Below are positions 27,212 to 37,899 of a DNA stretch of 64,000 bases, one piece after another (position 1 is the stretch's first letter; every line of letters starts with the position of its first letter). Made by a program: the position numbers and the translations under genes. The notes below the pieces were generated by a model that was not told the DNA's origin, did not search any database, and worked only from the letters and a program-made list of their open reading frames with translations. The DNA is taken from UHGV virus genome UHGV-1351333. The stretch is one strand, 5' to 3'. The stretch comes from a virus.

Positions 27212-28870
27212 ATGTTGACCGAAGAACAGAAAAAGCGCCTTGCCGCCCTTCATGCTAAGGATGCCGCAACCCTCACCGACCAGGAAAAGAAAGAACTTGC
27301 CGCACTGACCGGCATGGCCGAAGTAGCCGGGCTGGCTCTCGATGACGCCTTCATGGCGCAGTATGGCCCGACCGAAGACCGGCCCCTGACCGGCGATGAG
27401 CTGAAAAAGCATATTTCCGACGCCGTAACCGAGGGCCTGAAACACTACTCCGGAACTATGGACGTTTCCAAGCTGGCGGAAGAAATCACGAAAAGCCTGA
27501 ACATTCCCGATACCCGGCAGGGCATTACGCCCGAAGACCTGAAAACCGCAGTGGCGTCCGCCCTCAGCGCGGAAACTATCATTGAGGGTCTGCAAAGCAA
27601 ACTGCCCGCCGTTCCGGGCGAAGACCAAATCAAGAAACTGGTGGAAGAAGTCGTGAATACGAACCTGCGCACCCAATCCAAGGAGTTCTACCCCGTCGAT
27701 GAAAACATCGAAGTGCCGCTCTCCGGCCACAAGGGGAACCTGTCCGTGGCGGAGTACCAGCTGCTGAACATCTGCAAGATGACCGGCAAGTTCATTGACG
27801 TGAAAACCGCTCCCGCGGACATAAACGACGGCATTCCGGAATCCACCCGGAAGGCTGCCGAACAGGCCGGGGCCAAGTTCATCCGGTCGTTGAGGATGGG
27901 CCGAAAGGACGTATTCACTACCACCGACGGGCACATCTTCCCGTCTGACCTGTCCAGTACGTTGCTTTACCGGCTGTATCTTGAGTCCCAGTTGGCCGCC
28001 GCGCTGATTTCCCAGGAAGTGCCGATGCCGACCGACCCCTATACGCTGCCTATCGCTACCACCCGCATTCGTTACCGTAAGGGTTCCGAAGCCCCGGCTT
28101 CAACCACCGCGGACAAAATCGGCCTGTCTGACGTTACGCTGAAAACTGCGAAACTTATCGGCATTACCGATTTTTCCTACGAAGCGGCCGAAGATTCCAT
28201 CATTCCGGTGCTTCCCATGCTCATGGACGACCTGGCTAAGGGCGCTGTAGAATCCCTGGAAAGCGCCATTATCAACGGCGACACGGCGGAAACCCACCAG
28301 GACGCGGACGTTACGGCGACTGACGACGCCGCCAAGCTGTTTGACGGTCTCCGCAAGTTCGCCCTGGCGCAGAATTCCTGTAAAGTCGATATGGCGACCG
28401 GCGGCATTTCCGCGGCTTCCATTCTCAGGATGAAAGCTTCCATGGGCAAGTACGGCCTGCGGCCCTCCGACCTGCTTCTGGTCGTTTCCGCCTCCGGCTA
28501 CAACACAATGCTTGGGCTGGACGAAACGCTGACCGTGGACAAGGCAGGACCGGGAGCCGCGAGAATCCTTACCGGCATCGTGCCGTCTATCTACAACATT
28601 CCGATTATCGTGTCAGAGGCTATCAAGGCCACAAACACTTCCGGCGTCGTAGACGGCACGAGCAGCAATAACGTCAAGGATTCCCTGCTGCTGCTTTACA
28701 AGCCGTCGCTGATTCTCGGCTCCCGCCGGGGCTTCACGGTGGAATCCGAAGTGGACAAGAAACGCCAGGTTAACAGCCTGATTGCTTCTTTCCGCCGGGA
28801 CTTCAAACTTAAGGAGCCGCTTGCCAGCGCGCCTACGGTCATTCTCGGCTATGGTGCGCCTGTCCTGTAA
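27212..28870 (+). CDS. major capsid protein (HK97 fold with N-terminal delta/scaffold domain)
   Basis: 552 aa. Coiled-coil N-terminus (EEQKKRLAALHAKDAATLTDQEKKELAALTG), then a long beta-rich domain. A strong terminator follows directly. Confidence 0.7.
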   Translation: MLTEEQKKRLAALHAKDAATLTDQEKKELAALTGMAEVAGLALDDAFMAQYGPTEDRPLTGDELKKHISDAVTEGLKHYSGTMDVSKLAEEITKSLNIPDTRQGITPEDLKTAVASALSAETIIEGLQSKLPAVPGEDQIKKLVEEVVNTNLRTQSKEFYPVDENIEVPLSGHKGNLSVAEYQLLNICKMTGKFIDVKTAPADINDGIPESTRKAAEQAGAKFIRSLRMGRKDVFTTTDGHIFPSDLSSTLLYRLYLESQLAAALISQEVPMPTDPYTLPIATTRIRYRKGSEAPASTTADKIGLSDVTLKTAKLIGITDFSYEAAEDSIIPVLPMLMDDLAKGAVESLESAIINGDTAETHQDADVTATDDAAKLFDGLRKFALAQNSCKVDMATGGISAASILRMKASMGKYGLRPSDLLLVVSASGYNTMLGLDETLTVDKAGPGAARILTGIVPSIYNIPIIVSEAIKATNTSGVVDGTSSNNVKDSLLLLYKPSLILGSRRGFTVESEVDKKRQVNSLIASFRRDFKLKEPLASAPTVILGYGAPVL

Positions 28871-28909
28871 ATCTATGTAACGCCATAGATTGCTTGTAAA
28901 CTGTATTTT

Positions 28910-28950
28910 AGCCGGGAGGCATACGATGTATGCTTTCCGGCTTTTTCTTT
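28910..28950 (+). terminator. rho-independent terminator after major capsid gene
   Basis: agccggg-aggcatacgatgtatgcttt-ccggct nested stem, then TTTTTCTTT. Confidence 0.7.
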
Positions 28951-28980
28951 GATTTACGATTTTTTCATACCAACCACTGC

Positions 28981-29316
28981 ATGAATTCACAGCAAATCAA
29001 GTTTTGGGCGCAACAACAGTCAGCGCTGGTCTGCGCCAACTTTATCGCCGACGCTTACGGCCTTGACGCGGCAGAAATCAATCTGCTGACGGAAAAACTC
29101 GACCGGAAAAGCCAGCTGGGAAAGCCAAAAAAAGTGTTAATCAGAACTTTGCAGCTTCTGAAATATCCGTCGATGGAAGTAGCCCAAGCATTCGACACTA
29201 CGCCTAAATATATCACGCTAATCTGGGGGAAAGTCCGCAAAGACCCGGAACTGGAATTGGTGGCGAACCGCATTTATCAGAAAACGATGCAAACTATTAA
29301 CCGTGCGAGACTGTAA
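28981..29316 (+). CDS. hypothetical protein
   Basis: ATG 28981 downstream of the terminator, in ORF-track frame 28930..29316. Confidence 0.4.
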   Translation: MNSQQIKFWAQQQSALVCANFIADAYGLDAAEINLLTEKLDRKSQLGKPKKVLIRTLQLLKYPSMEVAQAFDTTPKYITLIWGKVRKDPELELVANRIYQKTMQTINRARL

Positions 29317-29371
29317 TTACCGGAAAAAGGTTTGCCTTGTATTTTAGCTATTTTTTTTTACCGTTACAGCC

Positions 29372-29947
29372 ATGAGAAACGCTACTTATTTAGGCCCCGC
29401 AAAAAATATCGGCCGGTTTGGATTGTTAAGAAAAAAAGATGTCGTAGCTCTGTATGAGTATGAAATCGAATCCATTGACGGAACCAGGATGTTTCAGGTA
29501 GCCGAGTTCGATTTTGGCGATTCCGTGCCAAAAGGCGTTCAGCCGCTGGGAACTCCCGTTTACGACCTCCGCACCATTCCCTGGAACCACCCCCATTTGT
29601 TCAAATGGCTGAAACGCCGCGGGCCTCAAACGCTGAAAAATATCGCCTGCGCCGTGGAAAGCCTGGGCATCCGTTTAACCTTGGACAGCCAAAAATCCGC
29701 CTTGTCCATAGCCGATGCCGTTTATGCGGCCGCCAAGTATTTCAACTGGACGTCATTGACTGTTTCCGACGCTAAAAACCTGCCGTCCACCGTTGACCCG
29801 CCGGCAGCCGAAATCCCGCAAACGGTCGGACCGGAGCCGGAACCCGAATCGCAGAAGGAAAAGGAAGCCGAAGAAACCAATGAAACGAAAGAATCATCCG
29901 CGATGTTTGGGAATCCGGACGCGCAAGAAAGACATAGAAGCCGATAA
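29372..29947 (+). CDS. hypothetical protein with acidic C-terminus
   Basis: 191-aa ORF. Confidence 0.45.
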   Translation: MRNATYLGPAKNIGRFGLLRKKDVVALYEYEIESIDGTRMFQVAEFDFGDSVPKGVQPLGTPVYDLRTIPWNHPHLFKWLKRRGPQTLKNIACAVESLGIRLTLDSQKSALSIADAVYAAAKYFNWTSLTVSDAKNLPSTVDPPAAEIPQTVGPEPEPESQKEKEAEETNETKESSAMFGNPDAQERHRSR

Positions 29948-29950
29948 ACG

Positions 29951-30142
29951 ATGACAATGAGCAACCATGATTTGAATATCGCCAGTTTCCGCAGGCTCGC
30001 CCTTGACAGCGGCCATTCCGGTGCGGCTCTGGATATGATGGTAAAGTCTTACGCCAAAGCATCCACTACCGCTAAACGCTGTATGGTTCAGGCGCTGATT
30101 CGCATTCAGGCGCAGAAAAGCAAGGCTCCGCAAACTAAATAA
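29951..30142 (+). CDS. hypothetical small protein
   Basis: 63-aa ORF. Confidence 0.35.
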   Translation: MTMSNHDLNIASFRRLALDSGHSGAALDMMVKSYAKASTTAKRCMVQALIRIQAQKSKAPQTK

Positions 30143-30154
30143 TCTGTTCCGGTC

Positions 30155-30736
30155 ATGGTCACTCCACTGCCTTATTGCACGCTTAGCGAAGTGCAGGCGG
30201 AAATCCGCAATTACGACGCCAATATCAACGATAAGCTGATTTCGGCCATTGAACGGGCGACGGCGTACATTGACGAATACTGCCGGAAAACCTATCAGCC
30301 TGTCGACCGGGTGTCTGTCCCTTTCCGCGTTCCGTCTCCATGCGTTGCCGGAAAATCCGTGCTGCTGCCGTTTCCCGTCCGGGAATTACTGAGCATTGAA
30401 GACGGAGACCAGTATGGAGAGGCCCTGACCCCGCAGACGGTCGAATGGTACTCCGGTTCAACCCGCATTATCGCCCCAAGAACCCTCGTCAACCCGGTCA
30501 ACATTTACGGCACGTTCGGCGGGGAATCGTCCAACAACGCACAGGAACCGCCATTAGATTTGCCTGCCGGCATACGACGCGCCGCCGTGCTAATTGCCGC
30601 CGCCTTTTCCGGCGAATACAACCGCGAGCGCATTGACATTAATGGCGAGCGGCAGAATGTCCTTGAGACGTGGATTCCGAAAGAGGCCAAGGAATTGCTG
30701 AACCGGTACGCCAGAACACCGGCATCCTACATTTAA
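30155..30736 (+). CDS. head-tail connector/adaptor protein (putative)
   Basis: Assignment by position in the neck region only. Confidence 0.35.
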   Translation: MVTPLPYCTLSEVQAEIRNYDANINDKLISAIERATAYIDEYCRKTYQPVDRVSVPFRVPSPCVAGKSVLLPFPVRELLSIEDGDQYGEALTPQTVEWYSGSTRIIAPRTLVNPVNIYGTFGGESSNNAQEPPLDLPAGIRRAAVLIAAAFSGEYNRERIDINGERQNVLETWIPKEAKELLNRYARTPASYI

Positions 30737-30741
30737 CGCTC

Positions 30742-31368
30742 ATGGGCTGGATGCGCTGCAAATATGCTTCCGGCAGTTTCAGTCGGGCGCTTTCCCGCAT
30801 GGAAAAAGCCCTGTCGCCCCAGCGGCTGGACAGGGAGGTCGCTAAAAAGTGCGCGGATATTGTGAAGGCAAGGCTGGTGCGGCGCACCCCAAAACGCTGG
30901 ACAGGCCAGCTTCGCCGCAACTGGCGCACAGTGCAATGGACAACCGGCATATGGGTGGTGGAAAACCCGTCTCCGGTCATGTCGTACCTGGAACACGGGA
31001 CCAAGTCGCATGGCGCGCACGGAGTTCGGCGCACCAGCAGGGGGAAAGTTGTTAAAAGACGGCTGTTTATTCCCCTGAACCGTCAAACCGCTATGGCTTA
31101 TGCTTCTCAGGGAGGCACGCTGGAATCAAAACGAAACCTGTTCCGGAACGGTCGGCTTGTAACGTCAATAAGAAAAAATCGCCACGGAATCAAATATCCG
31201 CGGACGACCCGAAAGAAACTTGTGTACGGAAAAGACTACATCCTGGCGAAACGGGTGAAAGGCATCCGGGCAAGGCACATTGTGGAGAGCATGCGGCCGT
31301 TCGCCCGGAAACTGCTTCAAATTGAAATGCGCCGGTACTTGCGCAAAGCGGTTCTTGGCCGTATGTGA
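30742..31368 (+). CDS. head-tail joining protein (putative)
   Basis: ATG 30742 right after the upstream stop. ORF-track frame 30670..31368 begins with GTG. Confidence 0.35.
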   Translation: MGWMRCKYASGSFSRALSRMEKALSPQRLDREVAKKCADIVKARLVRRTPKRWTGQLRRNWRTVQWTTGIWVVENPSPVMSYLEHGTKSHGAHGVRRTSRGKVVKRRLFIPLNRQTAMAYASQGGTLESKRNLFRNGRLVTSIRKNRHGIKYPRTTRKKLVYGKDYILAKRVKGIRARHIVESMRPFARKLLQIEMRRYLRKAVLGRM

Positions 31369-31418
31369 TTCCATCTTTTTTATTTTGCCGCGAACTGTCA
31401 CAGGTTAATGTTAACGCT

Positions 31419-32018
31419 ATGAGCACTCAACCCCTCGACACCTCAAAACTGCCTATGGCCCTGGCGCCGCTCCACGTCCTGCTGAACCGGTTAACCGGGC
31501 ACACGGATAAAGGACGCATGCTTTATGGCCTGCGCCTGGAACTCTCCCCGGCAATGGCCAGGGTTCAGGGAAAAAAAGATTATCCGGTGCTCCGGCTGCT
31601 GGTTCCGGCCCTCGGATGCAGGCCTTCTGATGCGGGTTCCGGAAAACGGGCGGCGCAAAACAGGGTCACGGAAGAATCCGCCTATCTCACCCCGGCGGAC
31701 AATCTGATGACTGTAACCTTTCAGCTGGAAACTTCCGCCGAGTCCGGCTGGTTCGGTCCGGCAGTCCCCAGGGGCCGCGACCGGTGCGCGCTTGGTCATC
31801 TTGACTGGCAATGTCTGGTTATGGACGCAATGGAAACGGACTGGACCCGCGGAGATGATTTTATTGACATGAGACTTTGCAAGACGTTGCAATCGCCGTT
31901 TTCCATTGAGCTGACCGACGACCCTAACGTCAATGAATCCAGCATCGCGTCATTGATTGTCGTTAACATGACCCAATCATTTCTTCCGCGGGGTTCCCGG
32001 TACAGCACGATTGTATAG
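31419..32018 (+). CDS. hypothetical structural protein
   Basis: ATG 31419. ORF-track frame 31365..32018 begins with GTG. Confidence 0.35.
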   Translation: MSTQPLDTSKLPMALAPLHVLLNRLTGHTDKGRMLYGLRLELSPAMARVQGKKDYPVLRLLVPALGCRPSDAGSGKRAAQNRVTEESAYLTPADNLMTVTFQLETSAESGWFGPAVPRGRDRCALGHLDWQCLVMDAMETDWTRGDDFIDMRLCKTLQSPFSIELTDDPNVNESSIASLIVVNMTQSFLPRGSRYSTIV

Positions 32019-32092
32019 CTTTATTTTTATTGACCTAGTATATAGCGGCTAGCAAACTCTCACACAAACGGAGGAACATTTTTTCTACTGCC

Positions 32093-32464
32093 ATGCCTGA
32101 AAGCAAATACAAACAATTTGGCGACGAGCTTATTTGGGGCGTACCTAAAGATGAAATGAGCTTGGTAACACAGACTGTTACGTTTACTCAAAAATCCGAC
32201 AAAAAGGAAGTGCGCGACCATGAAGGGGAAATACGTACCGTTACGTATTACAACCAATCCGCGGACGTTACCATTGAAGGTTTCGGCGACGCTTCCGCAA
32301 GCGTTGCTACCCGCATGACGATGCAAAACACGTTCCAGTCCGCCATGTCCGGGGCCTTGCTTATTGACCAGTGCCAGGTGTCCCTGTCAAATGAGGACCA
32401 CATCAAGTCATCCATCACGGCAGTGCTCTATCCGAACATTGCCGCATCGGGTTCAGAACCGTAA
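32093..32464 (+). CDS. hypothetical structural protein (major tail candidate)
   Basis: 123-aa ORF, assigned by position only. Confidence 0.35.
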   Translation: MPESKYKQFGDELIWGVPKDEMSLVTQTVTFTQKSDKKEVRDHEGEIRTVTYYNQSADVTIEGFGDASASVATRMTMQNTFQSAMSGALLIDQCQVSLSNEDHIKSSITAVLYPNIAASGSEP

Positions 32465-32532
32465 GCGAATTTTCACGCTTTGAAAATTGACGCGCCCTTG
32501 CTGTTTTTTTACAGTAAGGGCGCATTGCCGTT

Positions 32533-33039
32533 ATGACCGATACCCCGAACTCGTCCCCTCCCGCCGCGTTTGCTTTTGAGCAGGCGCAATTAGATGCCAT
32601 GCGCCTTAATGGCCAGCACTTCGTCTACACAAAAGATACGGAAATCGCCGCCATGCTGGCGATATGCGGATATCGGCTGAAAAGCCCGAAAAACGATTAT
32701 GTCATGGAGACCAAGGCGGGTAAAAAAGTGTATGCCTGGACATTTTATGATGACGTTATCGACATCAATCTTCCCCCCCCGTATAAAACGGCGTCGCTGA
32801 AAGCCGTTATGCAGCTTATTGCCAAGCACGGGGAATCGGGGTTTGCTTCCGAATTTCCCGACTGCATGCTTTCCCCGCTGCTCCTGCTGCGGACCACCCG
32901 GAACAAGTTCCAGCAGAAGCTTGATTCCTGCGACCACACATACGTTGTTTTTCTCGCCGGAGCCTCTGACAGATACTGCTATCCTAAAAATTCTCCCAGA
33001 GCGAAACTTTTTCAGGAAAAGGGCATTCCGCAATTATAG
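32533..33039 (+). CDS. hypothetical structural protein
   Basis: 168-aa ORF. Confidence 0.4.
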   Translation: MTDTPNSSPPAAFAFEQAQLDAMRLNGQHFVYTKDTEIAAMLAICGYRLKSPKNDYVMETKAGKKVYAWTFYDDVIDINLPPPYKTASLKAVMQLIAKHGESGFASEFPDCMLSPLLLLRTTRNKFQQKLDSCDHTYVVFLAGASDRYCYPKNSPRAKLFQEKGIPQL

Positions 33040-33056
33040 ATTTGATTTTCCCTGCG

Positions 33057-33077
33057 AATTTGCAACGATTGCAAATT
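33057..33077. repeat. palindromic motif copy 7
   Basis: aatttgcaacgattgcaaatt between 33039 and 33102. Confidence 0.85.
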
Positions 33078-33101
33078 ATCCGTCCAATCGCATAACTTAC
33101 T

Positions 33102-33677
33102 ATGGCTACACAATCATCCTCTGATATTGCCTCTCTTGCCGCACAACTGGCGGCGGCGCCGCTTCCGGGAAACGAGGGGAAAACTTCCGCCATTTCCGAA
33201 TCGTCCCGCATGCTTCCTCAGGAAAAATATGACCGGGATTTATCTGAACTGTTCCTCACGGAGGGCACGACGGAAATTGCCGGATATAAAGTCGCCTCGC
33301 CCACGCTGGCCTCGTTTATGCTGCTTGAATTGCTGGGCAACAGTTTCGTCATGGTTGAAAACCTTGGCCAGATTCCGGCAAACCTGTTCACGTTCACCAC
33401 CGTCCAGGCGCTGGCCGTCCTGCGTTTCAAGGACACCTACAAACTGGTGAAAATGATTGCCGAAGACCGGGACGCTTTTGACCGTCTGGTGCTGCGCATG
33501 GCCGAAGAGCTTCCGGCATCAACCCCCGTACTGGACATAGCCGTTGCCATCGTCGAATTGATGAATAACGGAAAACGGTCGAGTGCCAAGGAATCCCCCA
33601 ACCCGAAAAAGCGTCAGGCCCCGGCAAAAGGAAAAAAAGCGTCAAGCCGCCGTGGTGGTTTATCACAGCCAGCATAG
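33102..33677 (+). CDS. tail assembly chaperone (putative)
   Basis: Sits immediately upstream of the tape measure. Lys-rich C-terminus. Confidence 0.35.
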   Translation: MATQSSSDIASLAAQLAAAPLPGNEGKTSAISESSRMLPQEKYDRDLSELFLTEGTTEIAGYKVASPTLASFMLLELLGNSFVMVENLGQIPANLFTFTTVQALAVLRFKDTYKLVKMIAEDRDAFDRLVLRMAEELPASTPVLDIAVAIVELMNNGKRSSAKESPNPKKRQAPAKGKKASSRRGGLSQPA

Positions 33678-33870
33678 CGGCGAAACAGAGCGGAACAACG
33701 TTCCATCATTGCCTTTACCGGATGCCCGCTATGGAGGCGTTTGCCCATGAGCATGTATGGATGCTGATGCAGGGCATTGAGTGCTATCTCCCGTTTTACG
33801 AGTCTTCATAAATCCATACACACACATTCTGGGTTGATTTACATCAACCCTTTTTTATTCTTTATCGTAT

Positions 33871-36800
33871 ATGGCCCAGGCGAATCAACAGGCGGAACGT
33901 ATTATTTTTGACGCGGAGATTTCTTCCGCGCAGTCAAACCTGGCGAAGCTGCGCACGGAATTAAATCTGATAATAGCGGCGGCGACGCGAACCAATGCCG
34001 CCCTTTCGCGGATTAACCTGTCCGGCATGCTTGGCGGGGCCGGGGCAGCGGGAAAAGGGTTATCCGGATTGACTGGCGGCGGAACAGCGTCAAAGGCATT
34101 CGCCGCGGCGCAGAATGCCGCTACCGCGGCAACGAACAGGCTGACTACAGCTATGCGGGCGGGCGTAGGCACGGCGGGAGCCTACAGCAGGGCGCTGGCC
34201 GGGGCCGCCGCGTCAGCCAGATTGCTGTCCGGAACCCGAATCGGCCAGACAATCAACACAACAAGAACGCCGTTGCGCGGGGCCAAAGCGGAATCCGACG
34301 GGCTACGTTCCAGCTTTTCCGGCATGGGGCTTGCGGCTACAGGGGCCGCCGTGGCGGTATTGGGCTTCGCCACCAAGCTTACCGGAGTTATCCGGGAATC
34401 TTCGGAAGCGGCAGCCAGCATGCAGCGTCTGAACACTGTTTTTGGTGTATTGCTGCAAAGCCAGGCCAAAGGCTCTGCGCTGCTGGGAGAAGTCACGCAG
34501 TTCGCCAACGCCACGCCCATGAACGTCCCGGAACTGGCTAACGCTACAAGAGTGCTGCTGGCCTACGGCGAAAGCTCCACAACCGTCATGGACACCCTAC
34601 GGAGGCTCGGCAACATTGCGGCCGGCACGGGACAGCGCATTGATGAAATCGCCACGCTCATCGGTAAAGCCAGGCAGGCAGGACGCCTGTACGGGGATGA
34701 CCTGAACCGCCTGAATGACCGGGGTATCCCCCTTACCGCTACATTGGCGAAAAACTTCGGCATCACCAGCATGGAAGTGCGGAAGCTTGTAGAGCAGGGC
34801 CAAGTAGGGTTTTCCGCTCTGGACGACGCCATTAAAACAGTAACCAATGAAGGAGGGCTATTTTACGGCATGCTGGAAAAAACGTCCAAAGACTACGGCG
34901 GCGTCATGTCCAACCTGGAAGATAACATTCTTACGGCGAAAAAGGCATTCGGCGCTCCTATCAATAATGCCCTGGTGCCCGTCATGCTCGACACGATTGA
35001 AATGCTTCAGCAAATGAAGCCTCAGTTTGCCGAATTGGGCGAGGCAATGGCCCCGGTAGTCGCCAGCCTGGCTACGGCATTCAAAGACATGCTCGCCTGG
35101 ATTGCGGAAAACGGGAAACAGGTTTTAGCCCTGGTTCAAACCTATGGCCCTCTGGTAGCCAAGGCTTTGGCGTTGGCGACGGCGGTTAAAGCCGCTCAAA
35201 TGGTGTTTGGCGCTCTCAGCGCCATTGTCCGGGGGATTACCGGGACCATAAGCGGATTTACGTCAATAGTCACCGCAGCCGCCACAGCGGTGACGAATCT
35301 CGGTTCCACTCTTGACCGTCTTGCCGCCAAATACGCGACTGCCGGGACGGCGGCCAGAGCCGCAGGGTCGCAGATAGCCGCATCTTCCGCGGCAATGGGA
35401 GCCGCTGCCGGAGGTACTGCCGGGGCCGCTGCCGGAGCGGCAGGCGCCGCAGGCGCGGGAGCTGCCGCCGGGGCGGCGGGGGCGGCAATAGGGGCGCTTT
35501 CCACCGGCTCAAAAGTGTGGTCGGTCGTAAAGGGTGTGGGAGGCAAGGCGTTGAGCATAGTCGGTACCCTTGCCGCGCTGGATGCTTTAAGCAAAACCGT
35601 CAGCGGATTTGTTTCCGGGGATGCCCCCTTGTCCTGGGGAACCAAAATCAGCTATAGTTTAGCCGGTATTGCCGGCCTGGTAGGCCTTATCCCCGGAGTC
35701 GGAAGGCTTTTCGGCGTCGCGGCTGAAGGGCTTGCATGGCTGGGCGATACGCTTAAAGAGTCCGATACGCAAGAATATATGCGCGGCCAGTATTCACAAG
35801 CGCTTAAAGCCGCCCCGGGCCGCGGCATTAAACGCGTTTACCGGAAAAACCTGACGGAGTTGTTTCAGTCGGAAGAAGCGGGAACGCGGGGCAGCAGGAC
35901 GGTTTCTTCTGTACAGGAGGAACTTCGGGCCGAAATATCAAGGCAGACTGCAGTTCTTGATAAGCAACTCCGTGAAAACACGGCTATTTCCGATGCGCAG
36001 AAAGCCCTGCTCCAACGCAGGCTGGATTATCTCCGGAGCATTGACGATGCCACCATATCCCGATGGACGGAGCAGCTTCTCGACGAAACGAGGAACGTAG
36101 CCGGACGGGCCAAGTATGACGCGGCCATTGCCGCTGAACAGGAAGCCGCCAGACGGTCGAACGAGGAACGGAGGGCGGCTGAACGTTATGGTCAGGTTAA
36201 GGACAACCGCATTAAATTGCAGGAGGCGGAAATCAGGTATGCGTCCGGGATGGAACAGCGAATGTTCTGGTGGCGCAGGCGCCGTACCGCATTGCAGGAA
36301 GCGCAGCCTTATGTTCAGGATTTGCTGACCGGGCCGGACACCGGAGCCTACATGACGGAAAAGCTTGGAGCCGACTTCCGCATCCGGGGGACTGAAGACA
36401 TTAAAAAGGTGCTGGACGCGGCGGGGGAATCGAAAGATACCGTGATTTTCGCCAGCGAAAACGTGTTGAACCTCCAGAAAGCCTACGAAAAAATCCTCGA
36501 TTACGAAAAGGAAGAGCAAAAGCTTCGGGAAGCCAAGCAGGAATACGACAGGCAGGAAGAAGAGCGGGCACGGAATCTTGGCGTCCTTAAGCAGAAAATC
36601 TATCTCGACCAGGCTTACGCCGCCGGGCTTATCAATGCGGAACAGAGGACGCAGTACGAAGAGCAGCTTAAAGCCCTCGACACGGCAAAGTCGCTTATGG
36701 AAGCGGGCATGGGCCGGGAGGAAGCCATGCAGATGGGCCTGGCCTCGGTGGAAGCCGAACGGCGGGCCGCCGGGCAGGCCGCTATCGACAATGCGGCGGA

Positions 36801-37041
36801 AACCTATAAATCCGCGGCTACAGGGACCCTGGTGCGGCAAGGATGGATGGATGTCATCTCGCTTGGCTGGCGGAAGGATTCTGCCGGGGCGTATCTGGAC
36901 CCGAACCGATATGACGAACAGACCACAGGCCCGTACCAGAATGAGGACACGGATTTACTGAAAAAAATCAACGATACGCTTGAAGCTATCCAGGCGAACA
37001 CCAACCCTGACCTGAAAAAATCCTCGGTTGTCTGGGGATGA
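33871..37041 (+). CDS. tail tape measure protein
   Basis: 1056 aa, Ala/Gly-rich with long helical segments. Internal hydrophobic and Ala-Gly repeat block AAGAAGAAGAGAAAGAAGAAIGA. Typical position before the distal tail genes. Confidence 0.8.
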   Translation: MAQANQQAERIIFDAEISSAQSNLAKLRTELNLIIAAATRTNAALSRINLSGMLGGAGAAGKGLSGLTGGGTASKAFAAAQNAATAATNRLTTAMRAGVGTAGAYSRALAGAAASARLLSGTRIGQTINTTRTPLRGAKAESDGLRSSFSGMGLAATGAAVAVLGFATKLTGVIRESSEAAASMQRLNTVFGVLLQSQAKGSALLGEVTQFANATPMNVPELANATRVLLAYGESSTTVMDTLRRLGNIAAGTGQRIDEIATLIGKARQAGRLYGDDLNRLNDRGIPLTATLAKNFGITSMEVRKLVEQGQVGFSALDDAIKTVTNEGGLFYGMLEKTSKDYGGVMSNLEDNILTAKKAFGAPINNALVPVMLDTIEMLQQMKPQFAELGEAMAPVVASLATAFKDMLAWIAENGKQVLALVQTYGPLVAKALALATAVKAAQMVFGALSAIVRGITGTISGFTSIVTAAATAVTNLGSTLDRLAAKYATAGTAARAAGSQIAASSAAMGAAAGGTAGAAAGAAGAAGAGAAAGAAGAAIGALSTGSKVWSVVKGVGGKALSIVGTLAALDALSKTVSGFVSGDAPLSWGTKISYSLAGIAGLVGLIPGVGRLFGVAAEGLAWLGDTLKESDTQEYMRGQYSQALKAAPGRGIKRVYRKNLTELFQSEEAGTRGSRTVSSVQEELRAEISRQTAVLDKQLRENTAISDAQKALLQRRLDYLRSIDDATISRWTEQLLDETRNVAGRAKYDAAIAAEQEAARRSNEERRAAERYGQVKDNRIKLQEAEIRYASGMEQRMFWWRRRRTALQEAQPYVQDLLTGPDTGAYMTEKLGADFRIRGTEDIKKVLDAAGESKDTVIFASENVLNLQKAYEKILDYEKEEQKLREAKQEYDRQEEERARNLGVLKQKIYLDQAYAAGLINAEQRTQYEEQLKALDTAKSLMEAGMGREEAMQMGLASVEAERRAAGQAAIDNAAETYKSAATGTLVRQGWMDVISLGWRKDSAGAYLDPNRYDEQTTGPYQNEDTDLLKKINDTLEAIQANTNPDLKKSSVVWG

Positions 37042-37052
37042 TGTGGTATTAG

Positions 37053-37073
37053 AAATTTGCAATCATTGCAAAT
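37053..37073. repeat. palindromic motif copy 8
   Basis: aaatttgcaatcattgcaaat between the tape measure stop (37041) and ATG 37082. Confidence 0.85.
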
Positions 37074-37081
37074 CGGGAATT

Positions 37082-37879
37082 ATGGCTATTTCACACAACG
37101 GACTTCGGGAACCCATTGAGCAGCCCGGAACGATGACCGTCGAACGGGTATCGGAAGACGGCGTCGTCCGGTATGAAAAATCGGCAACCAGAGTGTTTGA
37201 GGTTCCGAAAGACATGGCGGCGGCCTTCATGCTGACCCCTCCGGCCACTCCAATGCCGGGGACGATATTCCTTGAATCAAGGTGCGAAGAGGAAAATGCG
37301 GAGTGGTCTAAAGTGACGTTCACTTACGGTGAAGACCCTGACGATTCTTCCGGAAGCGGTGGTGACGATTCGGTGCGCCGAACGGTCAACGTCACTACGT
37401 CCCTGGTGGATATCCCGATTCAGTGCTCCCCGAAGTACATTGATATGTCCGGAGATTCCCCAAAGTCAAAAATCCCTGACGAAGATTTGAAGCTTTTGGC
37501 CTACGCCATGTCCGGCCAGTTCAAAGACCCGCGAAACAATACCTATATCAAGGACAGCCTCACATCGGACCTGGCTCGTGAAATTTTCGACTATTTAACG
37601 CTCGGAATCACGCATTTCGCCTATCCGCAGACGGTGATACGCATTTCTTACCCAAAATCCAAAGTAGGTTCCGGCCAGCAGTTCGGCGTTCCCACCAAGA
37701 CGCCGGGGAAGAAGGGCGACGCTATCCCGGTAAAGCTCCCGGAAGACAGCAAGATTGATTTCCAGCTGATTTCCCGGTCCATTAACTACGACGGAAAATA
37801 CCACACAACGGATGAAGAATACCAGTCGTCATCCCCGCTGGGCTGGGCGAATGACCGGAAATTCTGGGGGGAAGAATAA
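37082..37879 (+). CDS. distal tail protein (putative)
   Basis: ATG 37082 downstream of the palindromic motif. In ORF-track frame 37028..37879. Confidence 0.4.
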   Translation: MAISHNGLREPIEQPGTMTVERVSEDGVVRYEKSATRVFEVPKDMAAAFMLTPPATPMPGTIFLESRCEEENAEWSKVTFTYGEDPDDSSGSGGDDSVRRTVNVTTSLVDIPIQCSPKYIDMSGDSPKSKIPDEDLKLLAYAMSGQFKDPRNNTYIKDSLTSDLAREIFDYLTLGITHFAYPQTVIRISYPKSKVGSGQQFGVPTKTPGKKGDAIPVKLPEDSKIDFQLISRSINYDGKYHTTDEEYQSSSPLGWANDRKFWGEE

Positions 37880-37899
37880 TTCATTGATAAAATAACATT

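Noticed and set aside
33885-35645. Several 95-150-aa minus-strand ORFs inside the tape measure gene
   Set aside because: These are Ala/Pro-rich antisense translations of the Ala/Gly-rich tape measure coding sequence. They are artefacts of composition.
35938-36840. 300-aa minus-strand ORF inside the tape measure gene
   Set aside because: Antisense to the tape measure gene, with an R/F/L/P-biased translation typical of reverse frames of GC-rich coding DNA.
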